Below are positions 8,216-17,606 of a DNA stretch of 64,000 nt, piece after piece. This stretch comes from Desulforegulaceae bacterium (lineage in GTDB: Bacteria > Desulfobacterota > Desulfobacteria > Desulfobacterales > JACKCP01), in NCBI GenBank assembly GCA_034007295.1, contig JAVERC010000002.1, positions 7,959 to 71,958 on the forward strand, given 5' to 3'. The notes below the pieces were generated by a model that did no database searches, was not told the DNA's origin, and saw only the letters and a list, made by a program, of their open reading frames with translations. The translations under genes were made by a program, and so were the position numbers. Numbering within the stretch: the first letter of the stretch is position 1; each line of letters starts with the position of its first letter.

Positions 8216-9325
8216 TTAAATAAGAAAATCTTCGGGTTTGGTTGTGTTAAGAGTTTTTGCTCCGTCTTTTTGAACAACTACCATGTTTTCAAGCCTTATT
8301 CCTCCCCAGTCAGGAAGATAAATTCCAGGCTCAACTGTTACAACCATTCCTTCTTCAAGGATTTCATCTGTTAAAGGACTTAATCTTGGTGCTTCATGCA
8401 CTGCCATTCCAACACCGTGTCCAAGTCCGTGGCCGAAATATTTGCCGTATCCTGCTTCTTCAATAACTTTTCTTGCGGCAAAATCAACTTCCTTTGCCTT
8501 TATTCCGGCTCTTATGGCATTTGTTCCTGCAATCTGGGCCTTTCTTACAATATTAAAAATTTCTTCAAATTTAGAATCCATTTCTTCTATAAAAAAGGTT
8601 CTTGTTATGTCTGAACAATATCTGTCAAGAATAATTCCCCAGTCAAAAAGAATATGTCCTTTTGATTCTAAGATTGTTTTTGAGGGAATTGCATGGGGTT
8701 TTGCAGAATTTTTTCCTGTTGCTGTAATTGTTGAAAAGGAAAGTTCTTTAATTCCCTTTTCTTTTAAAGCCTTTTCAAGCATCCAGGCTGCTTTTGCTTC
8801 TGTAATTCCTGGTTTTAAATCTTTTTTTATTTCAAGAAGTCCTTTTTCTGAAATTTCAAGGGCAGTCTCAATTGTATTTATTTCATCTTTATCTTTAATC
8901 AGCCTTAATTTTTCAACAATTCCCGATACTGGTTTTAAACTTAAATTTTTTTTACATTCTTTAATTGAGGCATTCATTTTATCAAACCAGTCAACACTTA
9001 CCCTTACTGATTCAAAACCTGCTTTTTTAATTTGGGCTGCTTCAAGAATATTTGTAATTTCCTTTGAAAGACCTTTTTTATAGCAGTAAATTTCATATAA
9101 AGGACAATTTGCTTCAGCTTCTGTTGTAAATCTTGAGTCTGTTGCAAGTATAAGTTTTTCTTTACCAATGGCAAGAATTCCTGCTGTTTCGTCAAACTGG
9201 GAATCCTCACCCTCAAATCCGCTTAAATAAAATCTGTTTTCTTCTATAAAAATTAAAATTCCGTCAATTTGGTTTTCATCAAAGGTTTTTCTTACTTTTT
9301 CTATTCTTTTGCTAATTTTATCCAA
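8216..9325 (-). CDS. pepQ: Xaa-Pro peptidase (M24B family)
   Basis: DWG..YCSDITRT, HGLGHGVG..VHEAP and TVEPGIY..GGIRLE. Likely TTG start at 9325 after GGAGA. Confidence 0.9.
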   Translation of the reverse strand: MDKISKRIEKVRKTFDENQIDGILIFIEENRFYLSGFEGEDSQFDETAGILAIGKEKLILATDSRFTTEAEANCPLYEIYCYKKGLSKEITNILEAAQIKKAGFESVRVSVDWFDKMNASIKECKKNLSLKPVSGIVEKLRLIKDKDEINTIETALEISEKGLLEIKKDLKPGITEAKAAWMLEKALKEKGIKELSFSTITATGKNSAKPHAIPSKTILESKGHILFDWGIILDRYCSDITRTFFIEEMDSKFEEIFNIVRKAQIAGTNAIRAGIKAKEVDFAARKVIEEAGYGKYFGHGLGHGVGMAVHEAPRLSPLTDEILEEGMVVTVEPGIYLPDWGGIRLENMVVVQKDGAKTLNTTKPEDFLI

Positions 9326-9338
9326 TTTAGTTCTCCAT

Positions 9339-11795
9339 TTAATCTGCAACACACCTGAAACCAAGTATATTTGATGTAAAATCAGGTTTAACAAAGTATC
9401 TTGACCATAGTCTCACGCTTTGATCAGACACGAAACTTCCGCCTTTTGCAATATAAAAAGTTTTTTCTGCTTTTTCAATTGATGAAGTTGTCCATTCCCA
9501 TACATTTCCAAGTGTGTCTGAAATTTTGTTTGAATTTATTCCTTTTATATATTCATCAACCGCACTTGTATCACCTTTACCGCAGTTTTCAGTGTTAGAG
9601 GCATTTTCTATCCATTGACTTCCCCAGGGGAAGGGAAAGCCTTTCTTTGTTCTTGCAGCAGCTTCCCACTCATCTTCTGTTGGAAGTCTTTTTCCAATCC
9701 ATGCTCCAAAAGAAAGTGCGTCTTTTAAGGAAATATGAACAACAGGATGGCTTCTTTTTTTGTGGAGTCCGCTTCCGGGGCCAAAGGGCTGATACCAGCA
9801 TGCACCCCTTATAATTGTGCTTTTTCCAGTGGAGCTTAAAATTGATTTTTGTTTTCCGGTTTTATAGTCAAATTCTGATTTGTATCTGGATTCAAATACA
9901 GTTGAAAACCCTTTTTCTTCTGCTGTGGTTTTATACCCTGTTTTTTCTATAAAAATTTCAAAAAGTGAATTTGTAATTGGAAAGGCTCCAATAAAAAATT
10001 CGTTTAAGTTTATTTTTGATTCAGGTTTTAAATCTGATGAAGGATATGGGCAGCCTGTTTTGTATGTGTTTTTTTCAATTTTAAGGAATTGGTTATAGTA
10101 TCTGTCCATTGCTCCAAGGTAGCTGTCGAATTTTTCAGATAATAAATTTTTAGAGTCAATGTTCTGGCTTTCAAGATAGCTTTCAAATTCTCCAAGGCTT
10201 TCAGATGGAAGTCCAAGTTCAGGAAGTTTGTGTTCATCTTCTTCGTCAATTATTTCCTGATCTTCATCCAGTTCAATTTCATCTGCCTCTATAAGTTCTT
10301 CATCATCATCAAGCTCAATTTGTTCTTCTTCTGTGTCTTCTGAATCTTCATCTTCATCGATTTCTAAAAGTTCAGTGTCATCAAGCTCGTCTTCATCAAT
10401 ATCTGATACAATTTCTTCATCTTGTGAAAGCTCATCAATTTCTTCAATTAAATCATCATCAATTGCTTCTTCTTCATAGCCTTCATCATCAACAAGCTCC
10501 TGGTCTTCATCTAATTCAACTACTTCAGAATCATCTGACTCTTCTTCATCAATATCTAAAACATCTTCTTCATCTTGTAAAAGTTCATCATATTCTTCAA
10601 TTGAATCATCATTTATTGACTCTTCCTCAAAGTCAATTTGTTCATCAATAAGCTCATCATCTTCGTCCAGTTCAATTATTTCTGAATCATCAATTTCATC
10701 TGCTTCTACAAGTTCATCGTCATCTTCAAGTTCAATTTGATCTTCTTTCGTGTCTTCTATATCTTCGTCTTCATCAACTTCAATGAGTTCAGTGTCATCT
10801 GATTCTTCAGTTAAATCATCGTCATCTTCTTCTTCCTGATAATCTTCATCATCAACAAGCTCTTGGTCTTCATCTAGTTCAATTATTTCAGAATCATCAA
10901 TTTCATCTGTTTCTACAAGTTCAGTGTTATCTGATTCTTCAGTTAAATCATCGTCAATTTCTTCTTCTTGATAATCTTCATCATCAACAAGCTCTTCGTC
11001 TTCATCAAGCTCAACTACTTCATAAGCATCATTTTCTGCTTCTTCAAATTCAAGCTGTTCATCATCTTTTACTTCTTCAAAATCCTCTTGTTCTTCAATT
11101 GCCTCTTCTTCATCTTCAAAAACCTCTTCAATTTCTTCTCCTTCATCAAGCTCAATTGTAACCGTTCTTTTACCTGAACTTTTTACTTCCTCTTGATTAT
11201 CACCATTTCCCTGATTATCTGCATTAGAGGTTTCTGATCCATCTTTTTCCCCTGAATCTGATTTCTCATCGAAGTTTTTTTCTATTTCAGAAATAAGAGA
11301 TTGAATATTTTGGAAATCAGATTGAGAATTGTTTTTTTGCCTTGTTTTTTCTATAAACTCCTTTATTGAATTAAGTATTTGTGAAATTTGAGATAAGGAC
11401 ACATCATTTTCACCTGAAAAAGGTGCAGTGAATGAAGATAAAAGTTCTTCCCTGGCATTATCTGACATTGCAAAAATATTGTTTTCATTTATAATTATTC
11501 CTTCAGAATTAAGTCCGGAATCAAAAAGTTTGTTTAAATCTTTGTTTATTGTATTTTTCAGGCTTAGAGCATTTTTTTTTCTGGAATTTATCTTTGCCTT
11601 GTCAGATGGTGGAATATCCCATATTTTTGAAACAATTATTTCAAGAGGTATTTGTTCAATTTTACTTAAATCATCAATGTTTTTATAAAAGTCTCTAACA
11701 ATATTCAAAAATTTGGATTTTGGTGATGATTTTGAAAAATAACCAAGATTTTCAAGGGCAGAATCAATACCTTCTAAAGTTATACTGGAAGCCAA
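9339..11795 (-). CDS. Large protein with very acidic low-complexity centre and C-terminal FGE-sulfatase/SUMF1-fold domain
   Basis: C-terminal HPVVHIS, RLPTEDEWEAAAR, FPWG, GNVWEWT and GFRCV; more than 300 aa of D/E-rich degenerate repeats; TTG start after AGGAGA. Confidence 0.85.
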   Translation of the reverse strand: MASSITLEGIDSALENLGYFSKSSPKSKFLNIVRDFYKNIDDLSKIEQIPLEIIVSKIWDIPPSDKAKINSRKKNALSLKNTINKDLNKLFDSGLNSEGIIINENNIFAMSDNAREELLSSFTAPFSGENDVSLSQISQILNSIKEFIEKTRQKNNSQSDFQNIQSLISEIEKNFDEKSDSGEKDGSETSNADNQGNGDNQEEVKSSGKRTVTIELDEGEEIEEVFEDEEEAIEEQEDFEEVKDDEQLEFEEAENDAYEVVELDEDEELVDDEDYQEEEIDDDLTEESDNTELVETDEIDDSEIIELDEDQELVDDEDYQEEEDDDDLTEESDDTELIEVDEDEDIEDTKEDQIELEDDDELVEADEIDDSEIIELDEDDELIDEQIDFEEESINDDSIEEYDELLQDEEDVLDIDEEESDDSEVVELDEDQELVDDEGYEEEAIDDDLIEEIDELSQDEEIVSDIDEDELDDTELLEIDEDEDSEDTEEEQIELDDDEELIEADEIELDEDQEIIDEEDEHKLPELGLPSESLGEFESYLESQNIDSKNLLSEKFDSYLGAMDRYYNQFLKIEKNTYKTGCPYPSSDLKPESKINLNEFFIGAFPITNSLFEIFIEKTGYKTTAEEKGFSTVFESRYKSEFDYKTGKQKSILSSTGKSTIIRGACWYQPFGPGSGLHKKRSHPVVHISLKDALSFGAWIGKRLPTEDEWEAAARTKKGFPFPWGSQWIENASNTENCGKGDTSAVDEYIKGINSNKISDTLGNVWEWTTSSIEKAEKTFYIAKGGSFVSDQSVRLWSRYFVKPDFTSNILGFRCVAD

Positions 11796-11836
11796 TTTGA
11801 AATCTCCTGATCTTAAATTGAAAAAATGGGAAAATA

Positions 11837-12565
11837 ATGGGTAAAATTATTTCAATTGTAAACCACAATAAAGAAAGCGGCAAAACAGTAATTTCATTTA
11901 ATCTTGCTTCTGCCTTATCTGTTATCGGTAAAAAAACTCTTTACCTTACTTTTAGAAGCAATTTTTTGTTTGAAAAATTAAGCTTGGAATTTATTAGTGA
12001 GAGCCTTTTTTTTGAAGAACTTAAAAATTTTTCTTATGAAGGATTTAATACAAAAATTCCATGCCTTGATTTTTTTATTTTAAATACTTCATTGTATGAC
12101 AGTGAAGAAAACAAAAACCTTGTTCTTTTTCTTAAAAAATATTTAAAATCTGTTTATGATTATGTAATTATTGATACTAAAAGTTCACTTATTGAAAATT
12201 TTGATATTTTTATGCTTTTGTCAGATGATTATATAATACCAATTGAAAATAATCCCAAATCTTTTGACAGTTTAACACCTTTGCTTGCCAAAATTGAATG
12301 GTTCAAAAAGGAAGAAGGGTGCAGATTAAATTTTTTTGGTTTTTTGTTTAATAAAGTTTCTGAAGATACCAGGCATTATAATCTTTTTAAAAAAAATGCT
12401 TTTTTTCTTTTTAGAAAAGTAGTTTTGGACCATGTTATTATTTACAGTCCTTTACTTGATTCTGATTATAAGCCTTTAAATTCAATTTTTGAAGATACAA
12501 TGGATAAGTCATTTAGGTGTTTTATTGATCTTGCCGAACACATAACAAAAGGAGAAAATCCATGA
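11837..12565 (+). CDS. Degenerate ParA/Soj-like protein
   Basis: MGKIISIVNHNKESGKTV...NLASAL, YDYVIIDT, IIPI and FIDLAEHI fit the ParA fold; the P-loop is altered. Confidence 0.75.
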   Translation: MGKIISIVNHNKESGKTVISFNLASALSVIGKKTLYLTFRSNFLFEKLSLEFISESLFFEELKNFSYEGFNTKIPCLDFFILNTSLYDSEENKNLVLFLKKYLKSVYDYVIIDTKSSLIENFDIFMLLSDDYIIPIENNPKSFDSLTPLLAKIEWFKKEEGCRLNFFGFLFNKVSEDTRHYNLFKKNAFFLFRKVVLDHVIIYSPLLDSDYKPLNSIFEDTMDKSFRCFIDLAEHITKGENP

Positions 12566-13002
12566 AGGTTGCCAGAACAGAGTCCATTGAAACAGGGGAA
12601 AAAGAACTTTTAGACACAATAATTGCAGAACTTGACTGGGAAGTAATTGAACAGAAATTAAAGGAAAAACATAATATAAAACTTCAAGAAGATGTTGAAT
12701 TTAATAATGGCGATCTTGTTGTTCACGGAAATAAAATTGCATACAAGCTTAATTTTGATGTTAAAATTACTTTGTCTGTTCTTTTTGACAGGCTTGGTGA
12801 ATGTATTGATATTTCTGCCTCAGGTGAGGAAAATTTTGCAAATGATAACGACGAAAATATTCCAGAAGATGAAAAATTCAATGATAATGAAAATATTTCG
12901 GATATAGAAATATCTGATAATGAAAGTTTAGAAAGAAAGAATCCAATGGCTAAAGAACTTGCAGGTATGATTGATGAAATAAATAATAATGAGGAAGAAT
13001 AA
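12562..13002 (+). CDS. Acidic hypothetical protein
   Basis: ATGA-coupled to the parA-like gene; SD AGGAG; acidic C-terminus. Confidence 0.75.
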   Translation: MKVARTESIETGEKELLDTIIAELDWEVIEQKLKEKHNIKLQEDVEFNNGDLVVHGNKIAYKLNFDVKITLSVLFDRLGECIDISASGEENFANDNDENIPEDEKFNDNENISDIEISDNESLERKNPMAKELAGMIDEINNNEEE

Positions 13003-13048
13003 TTATTCAGTTAATTTATTTTAACAGTAAAATTTAAGGTATCTACCA

Positions 13049-14551
13049 ATGATCAATTCTTCTAAGGATTCCGAATTTTTTTATTTCAGAAGTGAATTTG
13101 ATAAAACATTAAAAATGTATTTTAGGGAAATAATTGACCTTTCAGTTTTACCTCCTAATCTTAATTTGAATATTCCTGTTTTATCCTGTCTTATACTTCT
13201 TGTTGAAAGGGAAATTGAAATAAGGGATTTTCCAAATTCTCCGCCTAAAAGATATTCAAGAGATAGTTTTTTGGATGATATTGAAAATATCGGAATTGGA
13301 GTTGACAGAACAATTTTTGATACAGTAAGCGAACTTTTTTCATTGGGTTTTATAATTGAAAATAATGATGAAATTAAGCCTTCTGAATCGGCATTCAAGC
13401 TGGTGAATTTTATAAATAGTGTGTTTCCTGGAATGCCAGGAATAAATTTTATTGCATATCTTGTTCAGACAATTGATGAGGTTTTTTCTGATAGAAAAAG
13501 TCTGGCAGAGGGCAAAGAAACTTTTTATCAGACTTTAAAAAGCAGAAGTCTGAAAAAAAATAGAGTTTCTGAAAATGTACTTAAATCCCTTCAAAATCAG
13601 ACTTCATCAGAAAAAAAAGGCATAAGCAGCAAGGCGTTAAAGGAAAGGCTTAGTCAGCTTAGGAAGTCAAGAACTTCACCTGATGCTGATATGTATAAAA
13701 AAGTTCAGGTAAAATCTATTTTTGGATCTTTTGACAAAGAAGATGATTACAAAGAAGAAATAAAAGCAGAAGAAGTAAAAGCAGAAGAAGTAAAAGCAGA
13801 AGAAGTAAAAGCAGAAGAAGTAAAAGCAGAAGAAGTAAAAGCAGAAGAAGTAAAAGCAGAAGAAGTAAAAGCAGAAGAAGTAAAAGCAGAAGAAATAAAA
13901 GCAGAAGAAGTAAAAGCAGAAGAAGTAAAAGCAGAAGAAGTAAAAGCAGAAGAAGTAAAAGCAGAAGAAGTAAAAGCAGAAGAAATAAAAGCAGAAGAAG
14001 TAAAAGCAGAAGAAGTAAAAGCAGAAGAAGTAAAAGCAGAAGAAATAAAAGCAGAAGAAGTAAAAGCAGAAGGAGTAAAAGCAGAAGAAGTAAAAGCAGA
14101 AGAAGTAAAAGAAGAAGAAATAAAAGAAGAAGAAATAAAAGAAGAAGAAATAAAAGAAGAAGAAATAAAAGAAGAAGATTCAGAAGAAATTAGCCTTTCA
14201 GAAGAGGAAATAGCAAAAAAAATTTCAATGTTTGAAAATGAACTTGCTATGACCTGTCCTGTCTGCAATGAGGGAAAAATTATTGAAAGCAGAACAGAAA
14301 AAGGTAAAATTTTTTATGAGTGTTCAAACAGCTTGTGCCATTTCATAAGCTGGGCAAAACCTTTTCATTTTTCTTGTCCTACATGCAATAATCCTTTTTT
14401 GGTTGAGGAAATATTTCCAGACGGTTCAAAAGGACTTAAATGCCCAAGGGCAACCTGTGATTATCAACAAAATGACCAGAAAAATCCTGCTTTGTCAGCA
14501 CAGCCCAAAAAAAAGAAAAGAGTTATAAGAAGAGTAAAAAGAAAAAAATAA
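13049..14551 (+). CDS. Hypothetical protein with EEVKA repeat and C-terminal topoisomerase-type C4 zinc ribbons
   Basis: CPVC...FYECSNSLCHF..W...CPTC...CPRATC and a basic tail KKKKRVIRRVKRKK. Confidence 0.8.
   Translation: MINSSKDSEFFYFRSEFDKTLKMYFREIIDLSVLPPNLNLNIPVLSCLILLVEREIEIRDFPNSPPKRYSRDSFLDDIENIGIGVDRTIFDTVSELFSLGFIIENNDEIKPSESAFKLVNFINSVFPGMPGINFIAYLVQTIDEVFSDRKSLAEGKETFYQTLKSRSLKKNRVSENVLKSLQNQTSSEKKGISSKALKERLSQLRKSRTSPDADMYKKVQVKSIFGSFDKEDDYKEEIKAEEVKAEEVKAEEVKAEEVKAEEVKAEEVKAEEVKAEEVKAEEIKAEEVKAEEVKAEEVKAEEVKAEEVKAEEIKAEEVKAEEVKAEEVKAEEIKAEEVKAEGVKAEEVKAEEVKEEEIKEEEIKEEEIKEEEIKEEDSEEISLSEEEIAKKISMFENELAMTCPVCNEGKIIESRTEKGKIFYECSNSLCHFISWAKPFHFSCPTCNNPFLVEEIFPDGSKGLKCPRATCDYQQNDQKNPALSAQPKKKKRVIRRVKRKK
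13754..14173 (+). repeat. 15-bp coding tandem repeat, 28 units (EE[V/I]K[A/E])
   Basis: GAAGAA[G/A]TAAAAG[C/A]A repeated over 420 bp. Confidence 0.97.
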
Positions 14552-14562
14552 ATTGAGAGTAT

Positions 14563-14706
14563 TAACTAGTCAGTGGCCAAAAACTAGGATTGTTATTCAA
14601 TTCAGGTGAAAAATTTGTCCTTTATTTTATATTGAGTTTTTAAGGATTAAATTTTGAATTTGACTTTAGAATGGACAAAAAAACATTTTCGTTCACCAGC
14701 TAACTA
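14563..14706 (+). mobile_element. MITE family 1, degenerate full-length copy
   Basis: GTCAGTGGCCAAAAA...ggattaaattttgaat...atggacaaaaaa...TTTTCGTTCACCAGC, flanked by TAACTA/TAACTA. Confidence 0.8.
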
Positions 14707-14708
14707 AA

Positions 14709-15101
14709 TTAATTATCAAGTACGTGTTTTTTTGGTATTACAGCATTAAATTCGCCTTTGAACACTAGAATTTTATTAGAATAAACATTTACATTTACAA
14801 AATATTTATTTTTTTCTTGTTTAATTATTTCTGCATATGCAATTGCAGTTTCTCCGATTTTGAGGGGTTTTAAAAAAGAGCATGAAGAAGAGGAAAGAAC
14901 GACTAAAGGCTCATTAATACAAATCATTGCTGCATAATCTGCAAGACCGAAAATAAATCCTCCGTGGATAAGCCCTTTCTCATCTGCGGCCATTTCATGG
15001 GTAAGTTCAAGTTTGACCTCTGCTTTTTTGTTTTCACAAAAAAGAGGTGTTCCGCAAAGTTTATTGTTGATTAGTTTGTGGGTATTAATTTTTGATTTCA
15101 A
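14709..15101 (-). CDS. PaaI-type hot-dog thioesterase
   Basis: MAADEKGLIHGGFIFGLADYAAM. Likely TTG start at 15101 after GAGG. Confidence 0.85.
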   Translation of the reverse strand: MKSKINTHKLINNKLCGTPLFCENKKAEVKLELTHEMAADEKGLIHGGFIFGLADYAAMICINEPLVVLSSSSCSFLKPLKIGETAIAYAEIIKQEKNKYFVNVNVYSNKILVFKGEFNAVIPKKHVLDN

Positions 15102-16335
15102 AGTCAAGTTCCTCATCAATATTTTTAAGCTCTGGTATTTGAAATTTAAAGCATGAGCCTTTGTTTTCTTCACTTTCTACCCAGATTTTGCCTTTATGGG
15201 CTTCAACTGCAATTTTGCAAAACGAAAGCCCAAGTCCTGACGATGTTTTTTCTGTTTTAGAATGAAAATATTTATCAAAAATATATTTTTGATTTTTTAT
15301 AGGAATTCCAATGCCTGAATCTTTTACAAAAAAAATAATATTGTCATTTTCAACTTTAAAGCCAGTTGAAATGGATTTAGCTCCACTGTGAATTATTCCA
15401 TTCATAATTATGTTTTGAATTACGCGTAAAAGAATTCCTCTGTCTCCCCAAATAAATGGTTCTTCTGCAGCTTCATACATAGGCAAAATTTCCACCTCTT
15501 TGTTTTTTGCTGTGGCAAAAAGTCTTGATGATGCTTCAGTAATAATTTCAGGAACAGAAATTTTTTCGCTTATAAGTTTTAATGAGCCGTCTTGAAGCCT
15601 TGTTATGTCTAGAAGATTTGAAATCATTGTATACATTGTATCGCAGCCGGCCTGAGCAGCTTTGACATATTCAATATTTTCATTGTCTATGGTATATGAA
15701 AGAATATCAAGGTTTGCTATTACCTCTGAAACAGGGCCTTTTAAATCATGAACCATCATTTGAAAAAATTCGTTTCTCATTTTTTCAAGTTTTTCAAGTT
15801 TTTTATTTTTTTCAGAAAGAATTTTCTGATTTTTTTCAAGTTCATCAGCAAGTCTTAATGCTTCAATCTGGCCTATAATTATTCCTGCAAGATCAAGCAG
15901 TATTCCTCTCTCATCATCTGAAAAACAGTCCTGTCCTTTTTTTTCAGTAAGATTTATTACACCTATTACTTCATCTTTTCTGATTATGGGTATTATTAAA
16001 AAAGCACTTTTGCAGTAATTTCCTTTTTTTTCACATTCGCCTTCAAAATTTTTTGATTTGTTGATATAAAGAGGCATTTTATTTTTAAATACCCAGCAGG
16101 ACGGGCTTTCTGAGTCAAGGGGCTGTTTTATTCCAACAAGCTCTAAATTGGTTGAAGCTGCAACTTCCATGCTGAGCCTGTCTTTTTTTATCATTATTGA
16201 ACCTTTGGCAGTTTCAGTAATTTTTGTCAAAAATAAGATAATTTCCATTAGTTTTTCAGAGTTGGATTTATTTTCATTATTGGAAATTTTAATTATTGTT
16301 TTTATAAATCCTAAAATATCAGTATTTTTATCCAT
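15085..16335 (-). CDS. GAF-domain sensor histidine kinase
   Basis: GAF domain, H-box VHDLKGP, N-box QNIIMNG, DSGIGI and SGLGL. Confidence 0.92.
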   Translation of the reverse strand: MDKNTDILGFIKTIIKISNNENKSNSEKLMEIILFLTKITETAKGSIMIKKDRLSMEVAASTNLELVGIKQPLDSESPSCWVFKNKMPLYINKSKNFEGECEKKGNYCKSAFLIIPIIRKDEVIGVINLTEKKGQDCFSDDERGILLDLAGIIIGQIEALRLADELEKNQKILSEKNKKLEKLEKMRNEFFQMMVHDLKGPVSEVIANLDILSYTIDNENIEYVKAAQAGCDTMYTMISNLLDITRLQDGSLKLISEKISVPEIITEASSRLFATAKNKEVEILPMYEAAEEPFIWGDRGILLRVIQNIIMNGIIHSGAKSISTGFKVENDNIIFFVKDSGIGIPIKNQKYIFDKYFHSKTEKTSSGLGLSFCKIAVEAHKGKIWVESEENKGSCFKFQIPELKNIDEELDFEIKN

Positions 16336-16376
16336 ATTTCACCATTTTTGGTTGTTGTTTTATAAAAATGAGATTT

Positions 16377-17528
16377 TTAAGCATTCATTTTTAAAAGTTT
16401 TTTAACTTCTTCGTTTTCAGGCATGAGTTTTTCCAGTTTTCTAAGTATTTCATCTGCTCTCATTACCTGTTTTATTTTCATATAGGATTTTGCGAGCAAA
16501 AGATTTGCTTCAAAATTGTCAGGTTCAATTTTTAAAATTTTATTTGAGTAGTCTATAACTTTCCCTGGCTGCTTAAAGTTGCTGTAAATTCTTGAAATAG
16601 TGAGAAGAATATCAAGTCTTTCAGGATAATGGCCTTCAAGTTCTTCTAGAAGCTCAAGAGAGTCTTCATAATGTTTGTTTTTGAGATATAAAAATGCAAC
16701 TTCCTCTTTTTGTGCAAGAGGTTCTTCAGCAAGTTCAAAAACTTTGTTAAACAAAGGTTTTGCCTTTGTAAGGTTATTGTTTGCAAGAAGTATTTTTGCA
16801 AAATTAAAAGCTCGCTGATAATGTCTTGGGCTTATCTTCATGGCTTTTTCAAAAAATTTGCCGGCTTTTTCAAGGTCATTTTTTTTAAGATAAATTTCAC
16901 CTAAATGGTGGTAGGCAAAAACATCAAGCCTGTTCATTTTTGCAGCTCTTAAAAAACATTTTTCAGCATTTAAAATATCATTTTTTTCGTAAAAAAGAGC
17001 TCCAAGAACTCTTATTGGACGAGAGGATTTTGGTTCTGCAACAATTGCTTTTTTTGCAGCTTCAATTGCCAAATCAATTTCACCTTTTTCCAAAAGTTCC
17101 CTTGCCTCTTTAAGCAAAAGCATAAACTCCGGCGGGTTATTATATTTGTCAATTACACCCTTAACTTTATTTTCAAGGGATTTAACTGTAAGTGGTTTTA
17201 AAATGTAGGCGTCAATGTCTGATTCTGCAGCTTCAGCTACTATTTCCTTGTTTGATTCAGCAGTAATCATAATTACAGGCATATCTCTGAATTTTTTATC
17301 ATTTCGTATATGCTCAAGTACTTCAATACCTTTCATTTTAGGCATATTCCAGTCCATGATTGCAAGATCAAAATCTTTTTGTTTCATGGCCTTTAAAGCA
17401 AGTTCTCCGCTGTAGCAAAGTGTGTATGAACTGCCATATTTAAGAATCTTCATCATATTGCGGATTGATTTGCACATGTTTTCCATATCATCTACAATAA
17501 GGACTTTCATTTTATTAATGTCTATCAT
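16377..17528 (-). CDS. Response regulator receiver plus TPR protein
   Basis: VLIVDD, MDWNMP, MITA and KP motifs followed by TPR repeats. Confidence 0.9.
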   Translation of the reverse strand: MIDINKMKVLIVDDMENMCKSIRNMMKILKYGSSYTLCYSGELALKAMKQKDFDLAIMDWNMPKMKGIEVLEHIRNDKKFRDMPVIMITAESNKEIVAEAAESDIDAYILKPLTVKSLENKVKGVIDKYNNPPEFMLLLKEARELLEKGEIDLAIEAAKKAIVAEPKSSRPIRVLGALFYEKNDILNAEKCFLRAAKMNRLDVFAYHHLGEIYLKKNDLEKAGKFFEKAMKISPRHYQRAFNFAKILLANNNLTKAKPLFNKVFELAEEPLAQKEEVAFLYLKNKHYEDSLELLEELEGHYPERLDILLTISRIYSNFKQPGKVIDYSNKILKIEPDNFEANLLLAKSYMKIKQVMRADEILRKLEKLMPENEEVKKLLKMNA

Positions 17529-17606
17529 TTGTATGAGACTCCATGTAATTAATTGACATTTTTGCTGAATTCAGTTGTATCATATACAAAAAAAAAATAA
17601 CAGACC

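Noticed and set aside
8442..9083. Long antisense ORFs (e.g. 8442-9083, 38609-39019, 47196-47642, 48591-48953)
   Set aside because: They lie fully opposite well-supported genes, have Ser/Phe-rich shadow composition and show no recognisable motifs.
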